From assembly GCA_052171195.1 (NCBI GenBank), contig JBQMZB010000001.1, positions 1,735 to 65,734 on the forward strand: a DNA stretch of 64,000 nt, given 5' to 3'. Numbering within the stretch: the first letter of the stretch is position 1; every line of letters starts with the position of its first letter. The notes beneath the pieces are model-generated. The model saw only the letters and a program-made list of their open reading frames with translations, ran no database searches and was not told the DNA's origin. A program made the position numbers and the translations under genes. Shown piece after piece: positions 55,229 to 62,492 of this stretch. Source of the stretch: Bacillales bacterium. GTDB taxonomy: Bacteria > Bacillota_I > Bacilli_A > RFN20 > CAG-826.

Positions 55229-56128
55229 TCAAAACAATTTATCTTTTAGAAATTCAGTAGAATTTACTAATTTACTTATTATATTATTTTCTAAATCTTT
55301 TAAATTATATAAATATTCAAGACTATCAAATGTTTCTTCTAAGTTATGTTTAGCATTATTCCATCCAATTCCATCTGTAAACCATACAAACTGAAAATTA
55401 TTAATATTTTTAGATTGTTCTACTAGTTGTTTATAACTTCTTGCAATTTCATTAAGTTTCGATCCTCCAGCACTATAGAAATTACATTCACAAGCATAAA
55501 TTGTATCAAAAGCACCGATAAAGACAAAATCAAAGCGTTTTTCTATCTTGCCTTCGTTACTTATTTTAGATAAATCAATATTAAACTTGTTTTCAATTTC
55601 TGAAATATACATTTCTTTAAAATATGTTTTATTTTTAATTAAGCCAGCTTTAATAAGGTATGACTCTACTAAATCTTCCATAACGTGCCCACTTCTATTT
55701 TTTCTTGCGTTTGTATCCATGCCTACTTCAATTCCTAGTACATAATCAACTAAATTATTAATTATATGATTTTGAAGTAATTCAAAAAGACCACTATTCC
55801 TCATGAAAATTACATATTGTTCTTCTGTATAATTCATTTGAATAAAATTGTATACAAAACTTCCATCTGAATCTTGAACTTTAATTTCAGATTCTCTTTT
55901 AGCTAACAAAATAGGAATAACACATAAAACGTTTGGATATTTCCTAATAATAAATCTAAAATCATCTTCTATATTTTTAGATCCAATAAGTGTGTTTAAA
56001 ATATTTAACTCAACTTTAATGTTTTGGACATTACTATAAACTTTATCAAAATCAGTATAATAATTCCATGTTGCAATACTATCTTTCATAGTTGATATCC
56101 ATTTATTAAAGTTTCGATTTGACATCAC
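55229..56128 (-). CDS. Type II restriction endonuclease, DpnII/MboI family (predicted GATC specificity)
   Basis: The N-terminus NFNKWISTMKDSIATWNYYTDFDKVYSNVQNIKVELNILNTLIGSKNIEDDF closely parallels my recollection of DpnII (dpnB). Confidence 0.8.
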   Translation of the reverse strand: MMSNRNFNKWISTMKDSIATWNYYTDFDKVYSNVQNIKVELNILNTLIGSKNIEDDFRFIIRKYPNVLCVIPILLAKRESEIKVQDSDGSFVYNFIQMNYTEEQYVIFMRNSGLFELLQNHIINNLVDYVLGIEVGMDTNARKNRSGHVMEDLVESYLIKAGLIKNKTYFKEMYISEIENKFNIDLSKISNEGKIEKRFDFVFIGAFDTIYACECNFYSAGGSKLNEIARSYKQLVEQSKNINNFQFVWFTDGIGWNNAKHNLEETFDSLEYLYNLKDLENNIISKLVNSTEFLKDKLF

Positions 56129-56180
56129 TTATACCTCCTAAATATATTATATTTATAAAAAATGTTCTTTGAATTCATTA

Positions 56181-57011
56181 TTAATAATTGGTTATAATAA
56201 CTTCTTCAATATTTCCACGTCTATCGCTTTTAGAATTAATAACTCTTTTAGCGTTAATAATATGAATGTTAAAATCTTTATAGATATCTCTTATAAATTC
56301 AGTATTTGCGTTACTTATCATTATTAATACACCTTTTTTAGTTAAATCTATAACAACATCCCTTAATCTTAATTGTTCTTTTCTATTAAAACCTTCAATT
56401 GTATATGATGTAAAAGACTGATCTCCTACAACATCATATGGAGGGTCAAAATAAATAAAATCTCCTGCTTTAGCACTTTTAACCGCATATCCAAAATCTT
56501 TATTTAATATTATAGGTTTATATTTATTAAAGTATTTATTTAATTTTTTTATATTAATATCATCGAAACATTTAATCTTTTGATATTTACCAGAAGGTAC
56601 ATTGAAATAACCTTTTTTGTTTACTCTATATAAACCATTAAAACAAGCTTTATTTAAATAAACACATCGTGCTGCTTTAATATATGTAGGTAATTTATTA
56701 TAAGATTTTTTTCTATCCATTTCTCGGATTTTATAAAAATATTCTTCGGAATGATTCTTTTCATGGGTCTTGCAACATTCATAAAATTTTTTAAATAATT
56801 TATTATTTCTTAAACATTTATAAATGCAAATTAATTCTTTATTAGAATCATTTATCTTAAATTTTTTAGGAGTTATTTCAAAAAGTAAAGCACCACCTCC
56901 AATAAAAGGTTCATAATAACATTTAAATTTTTTAGGCTTGAATTCTAAAAGATTATTTAATATCTGTCGTTTCCCTCCAGCCCATTTTACACAAGGTGTT
57001 ACTTTATTCAT
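56181..57011 (-). CDS. dam: Dam-type N6-adenine DNA methyltransferase (D12 class)
   Basis: VKWAGGKRQIL, EPFIGGGAL and the catalytic DPPY. Confidence 0.9.
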   Translation of the reverse strand: MNKVTPCVKWAGGKRQILNNLLEFKPKKFKCYYEPFIGGGALLFEITPKKFKINDSNKELICIYKCLRNNKLFKKFYECCKTHEKNHSEEYFYKIREMDRKKSYNKLPTYIKAARCVYLNKACFNGLYRVNKKGYFNVPSGKYQKIKCFDDINIKKLNKYFNKYKPIILNKDFGYAVKSAKAGDFIYFDPPYDVVGDQSFTSYTIEGFNRKEQLRLRDVVIDLTKKGVLIMISNANTEFIRDIYKDFNIHIINAKRVINSKSDRRGNIEEVIITNY

Positions 57012-57034
57012 ATAATCTCCTTTTATAAAAATTA

Positions 57035-57052
57035 TATGATAATTTTATCATA
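57035..57052. promoter_or_regulatory. 18-bp palindrome TATGATAA-TT-TTATCATA abutting the putative -10 (TATAAT) of the methylase/endonuclease operon
   Basis: Read directly. On the minus strand TATAAT (57031-57036) follows the palindrome, then SD AAAGGAG and the ATG. Confidence 0.35.
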
Positions 57053-57264
57053 AAGAGTTAATTAAAACCATTCTGGGAAATATATTTTTTACACGTTGAT
57101 TAAATTATTACCTATATATTTGTTGTAGATAAATTTAAAAAATTTATACATTTTTCTAATTTATTATTATTTTACAAAAATTAATATAAAGTTAAATATA
57201 TTTACCATATTACACCGTAATAATTAATGCTACCAAATTTATAGTTAACAAAATTGAAATCATA

Positions 57265-57708
57265 TTAATTTATACTTACAAAATATAAGTAAAATGTTTT
57301 ATATTCCATTAAATAATAATTATTACTACTTATATCATATGGATAAAATGGTACAAGAACAATACCGTTATCATCACAATAACTAATCGGAATTGCATTC
57401 GTTTTTGGATAATTTTCTTGAAGATTAATTAAATCTATCGAAGTAGTTCCATGATTACTGCTTTCATAAAAGTTAATACTAAAATACTTTGTTCCTTTAC
57501 TTATCTTATCTTCTACAACATTAATATAATTTGATGAAATATATCTATCTTTTGTGATTTCATTAATTTCAAGATAATAACTAACAGAATCATGAATTGA
57601 TACGAAATTACCTTTAACAAAATAATTCCTTTTGCGATTTACACAGGAAGTTAACGTCAGCAAAGTAGTGGTCAACATTGGTAAGCATAATAATCTTTTA
57701 ATTTTCAT
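57265..57708 (-). CDS. Hypothetical lipoprotein
   Basis: Signal peptide with lipobox LTLTSC. 147 aa, no recognisable domain. Confidence 0.55.
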   Translation of the reverse strand: MKIKRLLCLPMLTTTLLTLTSCVNRKRNYFVKGNFVSIHDSVSYYLEINEITKDRYISSNYINVVEDKISKGTKYFSINFYESSNHGTTSIDLINLQENYPKTNAIPISYCDDNGIVLVPFYPYDISSNNYYLMEYKTFYLYFVSIN

Positions 57709-57999
57709 AATCTTTTATTCCCTTTTTATTCAGTAAATATAAAGTATTTTAATTTATCATACTAAATAGTTTGTAACTATTTAATAATTAGAAGAAATAT
57801 GCTTTTGATTAAGGTTTATAATTTATATTATTTTATCATAGAATAATAACTGTTACTATCGAACATATTTATCTTTTTTATGCACTATTAAATTAAATTT
57901 TTAATATTATATATTATTCAGCCTAAAAAAATTAAAGTTATATTCCGTTAAATTATAATGTAAAAAGAAAAAACAATAATAAATTCTCTTTTATGTCAA

Positions 58000-58030
58000 A
58001 GAAAAAGGATGATACATAATGTATCATCCT
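58000..58030 (-). terminator. Rho-independent terminator after tRNA-Trp
   Basis: AGGATGATAC-ATAAT-GTATCATCCT followed by TTTTT on the minus strand. Confidence 0.8.
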
Positions 58031-58042
58031 GACTTTCTAATG

Positions 58043-58116
58043 TGGCGGGAGTAGAAGGAATCGAACCCTCATTAGCGGTTTTGGAGACCGTTGCCCTACC
58101 ATTAGACTATACTCCC
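58043..58116 (-). tRNA. tRNA-Trp (CCA)
   Basis: Acceptor GGGAGTA/TACTCCC, anticodon loop CTCCAAA, T-loop TTCGATT, discriminator G, encoded CCA. Confidence 0.9.
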
Positions 58117-58120
58117 AATA

Positions 58121-58146
58121 AAATAAGCAATTAAGATTGCTTATTT
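58121..58146 (-). terminator. Hairpin after the GatB/YqeY gene, ending 5 nt before tRNA-Trp
   Basis: AAATAAGCAAT-TAAG-ATTGCTTATTT. Confidence 0.5.
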
Positions 58147-58179
58147 AATTAAATCAAAAATATTATAAGAAATCAATTA

Positions 58180-58611
58180 TTATTTTTCTCTTTGCTCTCT
58201 CATTATTTTATTAACTAAACCCATATCTACTCCAGCACCATAGGTTGTTTTAAAATAACGCATAACATTACTGATAGATTTATCTTCTAAAGATAAGAAA
58301 ATTTTTAAGATTTCTTCTTCACTTAAAGTCTTTGGTAAATAAGAAGAAATTGTATCAATTTGACAAGTTATATTTTTAACTTCTTCATCTCTTTTACCCT
58401 CAATAAAAGATTTTCTTTCCTCTTCTAATTCTTTAACAGTTTTTTTAATAATATTTAACATATCTTCATCAGATATCTCTTTTCCTTTGGCTTTGTACTC
58501 ATATCCAAGAAGGGTATATTTATTTATTAAAATAGAATAGACAACTCTTTTATTATTATCTTTATTTTTTAAGGCTAATATATTTTCTTTTTTAATTTCA
58601 TCAATTAACAT
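58180..58611 (-). CDS. GatB/YqeY-domain protein
   Basis: 143 aa, IKKENILALKNKD...YLPKTLSEEE pattern of the YqeY family. Confidence 0.75.
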   Translation of the reverse strand: MLIDEIKKENILALKNKDNNKRVVYSILINKYTLLGYEYKAKGKEISDEDMLNIIKKTVKELEEERKSFIEGKRDEEVKNITCQIDTISSYLPKTLSEEEILKIFLSLEDKSISNVMRYFKTTYGAGVDMGLVNKIMREQREK

Positions 58612-58613
58612 AT

Positions 58614-58979
58614 TTATTTAATAAATTTTCCTTTCTTTTCACCTTTACTAGCTCTTTTTAAAACACTACCTTTTTGAGCTTTAGCGGTATTATTAGCAAA
58701 TTCGCTTGCTTCTTTTTCAGTATTAAATAATTTTAATGCTTTTTTACCGCCTTTCAAAATAACTTCCCACTTATCTTTATGGGTTGGTGATTTTTGAATT
58801 ATATATTGTTTTTTATGTTTTTTTACAGGTTTTTTTGTTTCATCTTCAGGTTCAATAACTTCTACTTCTTCTTTTAAAATTTCAATATTTTTCTTATCTT
58901 TTTTTACTTCTTCTAAATCTTCACTCTCGATAGAGATTTCTTTAACTTTTTTCTTTTTAAATAAATTTTTAAATAACAT
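58614..58979 (-). CDS. Lys/Glu-rich protein with a DUF2188-like C-terminal domain
   Basis: KDKWEVILKGGKKALKLFNTEKEASEFANNTAKAQ resembles DUF2188. Low-complexity N-terminus. Confidence 0.45.
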   Translation of the reverse strand: MLFKNLFKKKKVKEISIESEDLEEVKKDKKNIEILKEEVEVIEPEDETKKPVKKHKKQYIIQKSPTHKDKWEVILKGGKKALKLFNTEKEASEFANNTAKAQKGSVLKRASKGEKKGKFIK

Positions 58980-59066
58980 TGTTTACTCCTTTAAAATTCT
59001 AACAAAATTATACCTTAAAATTATGAAAATTAAAAATTATAATAATTATTATAATTAGTTATCAAT

Positions 59067-59609
59067 TTAATAGTTGGTTGGATTAATCTCGAAATAAGCT
59101 TGCGGATGATTACAACATGGACAAATTTCTGGAGCACTTTTTCCAACAAAAATATATCCACAATTACGGCATTTCCAAATAGAAATATCAGTATCTTTAG
59201 TAAAAACTTTCATTAATTTAATATTTTCGTACAATTTTAAATATCTATTTTCATGTGTTTTTTCAACTTCAGCAACTTTTAAGAATTTGTTGGCTAATTC
59301 ATTAAAACCTTCTTCTTGAGCAACTTTAGCAAAATCTTCATACATAGTTGTCCATTCATAATTTTCGCCTTCTGCTGCATTTTTTAAATTTGATTTAGTG
59401 TCTTGAATTATTCCTAATTCTTTAGCCCACATTTTAGCATGTTCTTCTTCATTTAAAGCAGTTTCTTCAAAAATTGCTTTTATTTGTTCATATCCTTCTT
59501 TTTTAGCAACTTTAGCAAAATAAGTATACTTATTTCTTGCTTGCGATTCTCCTGCAAAAGCAATTTTTAAATTTTCATAGGTTCTACTACCTTCATATTT
59601 GTTTGACAT
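59067..59609 (-). CDS. rbr: Rubrerythrin
   Basis: Ferritin-like di-iron E..H motifs ([16 protein letters not shown]) and a C-terminal rubredoxin CRNCG...CPCC. Confidence 0.9.
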   Translation of the reverse strand: MSNKYEGSRTYENLKIAFAGESQARNKYTYFAKVAKKEGYEQIKAIFEETALNEEEHAKMWAKELGIIQDTKSNLKNAAEGENYEWTTMYEDFAKVAQEEGFNELANKFLKVAEVEKTHENRYLKLYENIKLMKVFTKDTDISIWKCRNCGYIFVGKSAPEICPCCNHPQAYFEINPTNY

Positions 59610-59645
59610 TTTTATCTCCTTTATAAATTAACAAATAAAATATCT

Positions 59646-59822
59646 TTAAGCACCATCTACATGTTTGTCACATATAGAATCTTCATTAATAAAATCATCT
59701 CTTTCATCATCTTTTAAAATATGTTCATCATTTTCTTTTTCTCTAAGCGTATCTAAAACATCTTTAGAATAAATTGGTCTATTATGATTTTTTGGTTTTA
59801 TTGGATTAATAACATCTTTCAT
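59646..59822 (-). CDS. Possible small ORF (58 aa, acidic), below the track size cutoff
   Basis: Hand translation gives MKDVINPIKPKNHNRPIYSKDVLDTLREKENDEHILKDDERDDFINEDSICDKHVDGA. No clear SD. Lies 36 nt upstream of the rubrerythrin gene. Confidence 0.25.
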   Translation of the reverse strand: MKDVINPIKPKNHNRPIYSKDVLDTLREKENDEHILKDDERDDFINEDSICDKHVDGA

Positions 59823-59920
59823 ATTTATATTTTAACAAATATATAAAATTATAGAAGAATTATGTAAGTTATTTTTCTTTATATCTAACATATTATTGTT
59901 AAAAATATAGATTTTATATT

Positions 59921-59950
59921 AAAAAAGGGGCTAAATTTTTTAGTCCCTTT
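59921..59950. terminator. Terminator hairpin after the zinc-ribbon membrane protein gene
   Basis: GGGGCTAA / TTAGTCCC stem (one G-U pair) flanked by an A-run and a T-run. Confidence 0.65.
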
Positions 59951-59973
59951 TATTATTATGAAAGATGTAATTA

Positions 59974-60639
59974 TTATTTATCTTCCTCTAAGTTCGCGTC
60001 TTCAACTTCTACTTCTTCAGCTGCTTTAATATATTCGCTCCATCCACTAAAAGACTTTGAGACTTTGGTTTTTTTACATTGTTGTAATTTTGCAGAGTTT
60101 TCTTCATCACATTGTTGTAATTTTGCAGAGTTTTCTTCATCACATTGTTGTAATTTTGCAGAGTTTTCTTCATCACATAATAATAAAATTCCTATGAGAA
60201 TACTTACAAATAAAATTACCACTATTTTAAATCCCATTTTAATAGATCTACCATTTTTAATAGTAAAATAATAGTTAGCTGTTATTGGTATAATCCAAAA
60301 TAAACTTACACCGTAGTATAAATATTTTAAAGATACATGAGGAAAGAGTATCTCAGGATATCTAATAAATAAAATAAACAAGAAAATTCTAGCTAAAATT
60401 TCTATGATGAATAAAATAAAAGTAAAAGTTTGAAATCCACTCAGTTTATATGAAACTTCTTCATTATCAGTATTATCTTTATTTAAATTATCTGTTACTA
60501 AACAAACGTCAGTTTTACTAGCCTCATTTAAATTATTACTTGAATCTTCATTAACTACATCATCAAATTTACAACCACATTTTGAGCAAAATTTATGATT
60601 GTCATTCATTTTATTACCACATTGAGTACAATACTTCAT
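59974..60639 (-). CDS. Zinc-ribbon membrane protein with a C-terminal 11-aa tandem repeat
   Basis: N-terminal CTQCG...CSKCG zinc ribbon, about four TM helices, then (CDEENSAKLQQ) three times. Confidence 0.6.
   Translation of the reverse strand: MKYCTQCGNKMNDNHKFCSKCGCKFDDVVNEDSSNNLNEASKTDVCLVTDNLNKDNTDNEEVSYKLSGFQTFTFILFIIEILARIFLFILFIRYPEILFPHVSLKYLYYGVSLFWIIPITANYYFTIKNGRSIKMGFKIVVILFVSILIGILLLCDEENSAKLQQCDEENSAKLQQCDEENSAKLQQCKKTKVSKSFSGWSEYIKAAEEVEVEDANLEEDK
60076..60174. repeat. Three perfect tandem copies of a 33-bp unit (ACATTGTTGTAATTTTGCAGAGTTTTCTTCATC)
   Basis: Units at 60076-60108, 60109-60141 and 60142-60174 are identical. A partial fourth (ACAT) follows. Confidence 0.95.
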
Positions 60640-60690
60640 AATAAACTCCTTTATAAAAATATTAATTATTAAGATTATATCATTAAATAT

Positions 60691-60716
60691 AAAAAAAAGA
60701 TAAATTAAATTTATCT
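60691..60716 (-). terminator. Rho-independent terminator after tRNA-Thr
   Basis: AGATAAAT-TAA-ATTTATCT followed by a T-run on the minus strand. Confidence 0.65.
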
Positions 60717-60723
60717 TATCAAT

Positions 60724-60797
60724 TGGTGCCCCCTCGCAGAATCGAACTACGAATAAATCCTTACCATGGATTCGTTATACCACTTAACTAAGGGGGC
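60724..60797 (-). tRNA. tRNA-Thr (GGT)
   Basis: Acceptor GCCCCCT/AGGGGGC, anticodon stem AATCC/GGATT with loop ATGGTAA, T-loop TTCGATT, discriminator A, encoded CCA. Confidence 0.85.
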
Positions 60798-60810
60798 ATG
60801 CTTAAATAAT

Positions 60811-60854
60811 ATAACAAATATAGAATGTTAATTCAATAGCAAATTAACATTCTA
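60811..60854 (-). terminator. Rho-independent terminator after malQ
   Basis: 13-bp stem TAGAATGTTAATT / AATTAACATTCTA with a T-rich tail on the minus strand. Confidence 0.65.
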
Positions 60855-60875
60855 TACTTATAAAAATTTAAATTT

Positions 60876-62324
60876 TTATCCTCTCTTATATTTAGTAATT
60901 AATTTAGAAATATCTTCGGTTATTTTTTCAAATTTTGTAAAAGAAGTTATACGATATTTCCAGTTATTTCCTCCTAGCAAGCCAGGAATATTAAGTCTTG
61001 AATCACTACCTTCTTTAAGGAAATCTTGCATTGGAATAATGACATAGTTAGCAATAGAGGAATAAGCATAATTTAAGAACTTATCATTAATATCTTTCCC
61101 TTTAACTTTTAAAACTTCTAACTTTAAATCGACTTGATTTTTTGATTCTTCATCTAAAGATTCATACCATCCTTTTAAAGTATCATTATCATGTGTACCA
61201 GTGTATACAATTTGATTTTCTTCTATTTCTAAATCAGGATTTAAGAAATTAAACTCTAAAATATACATTCCAGGAAAACCTAAATTATCTCTTAACTCAA
61301 TAACTGATGGGAATAAATCACCTAAGTCCTCTGCAACAATATCAATATTAATGTTTTCTTTCTTAAGTTCATTAAAAAATGATAATCCAGGACCTAATTC
61401 CCAGCTGCCTTCCACTGCAGTTGGACATGAAACAGGTATCTTCCAATATGTATCAAAAGCTCTAAAATGATCAATTCTTAAAATATCATATAATTTAGCA
61501 GCACCTTTAAATCTATTTTTCCAAAATTGATAATTATCAGTTTTCATCTGTTCCCAGTCATAGATAGGATTTCCCCATCTTTGTCCAGTTTCAGAAAAAT
61601 AATCTGGTGGAACACCTGCTATATGAGTAAATTCATCATATTCATCTAATAAGAAATCGTCTTGATTACTCCAACAATCACTAGACATACCTCCAACATA
61701 GAAAGGTATATCACCCATAATTTTAATACCATTCTCTCTAGCGTACTCTCTAAAATCAAAATATTGTTTATAGGCAATAAATTGTAACCATTTTAGGTAG
61801 AGAATTTCATCTTTATACTCAGAATAATCAACTTTATTTTGATATGGATCTAATCGCTCATCTTCATTCCATTTATTCCAATCAAGTTCATTGTTCTTTT
61901 TAAATAAAATATGAAATTTAGCGTAATTATCTAACCATTCATTTTCTTTTTCAAACTTAATAAATTCTTGACTAGATGTATCTTTTTGATTTTCAAATGC
62001 TAATCTTAAGTATTTATCTTTAAATTCCTTACATTTTTCAAAATCAACATATTTACTAGTTTTTCTAAAGGTAGGTACCTCTTTTAAATATTTTTTCTCA
62101 ATTAAAAAATCTAAAGATATGTAGACTGGATCAATAGCGTATCCACACTCAGATTGATAAGGTGAGTCTCCATATCCTAAAGGGTTTAAAGGTAACATTT
62201 GCCAAATTTTAATTTTGGCTTTCTTTAATAGTTTAATAAATTCTTTTGCTTCTGGGCCAAAATCTCCTACTCCGTATTTAGAAGGTAGGGACGAAATAGC
62301 CATTAAAATTCCATTAGTTTTCAT
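60876..62324 (-). CDS. malQ: 4-alpha-glucanotransferase (amylomaltase, GH77)
   Basis: GILMAISSLPSKYGVGDFG, LRIDHFRAF, AEDLG, TGTHDN blocks. Confidence 0.9.
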   Translation of the reverse strand: MKTNGILMAISSLPSKYGVGDFGPEAKEFIKLLKKAKIKIWQMLPLNPLGYGDSPYQSECGYAIDPVYISLDFLIEKKYLKEVPTFRKTSKYVDFEKCKEFKDKYLRLAFENQKDTSSQEFIKFEKENEWLDNYAKFHILFKKNNELDWNKWNEDERLDPYQNKVDYSEYKDEILYLKWLQFIAYKQYFDFREYARENGIKIMGDIPFYVGGMSSDCWSNQDDFLLDEYDEFTHIAGVPPDYFSETGQRWGNPIYDWEQMKTDNYQFWKNRFKGAAKLYDILRIDHFRAFDTYWKIPVSCPTAVEGSWELGPGLSFFNELKKENINIDIVAEDLGDLFPSVIELRDNLGFPGMYILEFNFLNPDLEIEENQIVYTGTHDNDTLKGWYESLDEESKNQVDLKLEVLKVKGKDINDKFLNYAYSSIANYVIIPMQDFLKEGSDSRLNIPGLLGGNNWKYRITSFTKFEKITEDISKLITKYKRG

Positions 62325-62492
62325 ACATTAAAATTATAACAAAAATATAATAAAAATATACATAATTATAAATAAATTTAAAATAATCAAATACTCTCTA
62401 TCTATAGAAAATATAATGGTTATAATTAGTTTTTCTTTAAAAGTAATGTCAAATATGGTATTTTATACAAGTTAATAAAAGGAGTTTGTTTT

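Noticed and set aside
55139-58116. Possible tRNA-Trp-targeted genomic island carrying the R-M system and the lipoprotein.
   Set aside because: I found no integrase or recombinase gene and no direct repeat of the tRNA-Trp 3' end (searched by eye for GAAGGAATCGAACCC-like sequence at 55139-55228 and 57012-57264). I saw no obvious compositional shift. I therefore report it only as an accessory-looking islet.
59823-59973. PerR/Fur-like box (TTATAATTTTATATA on the minus strand) upstream of the small ORF and rubrerythrin.
   Set aside because: It has several mismatches to TTATAATNATTATAA, and such A/T strings are expected by chance in this composition.
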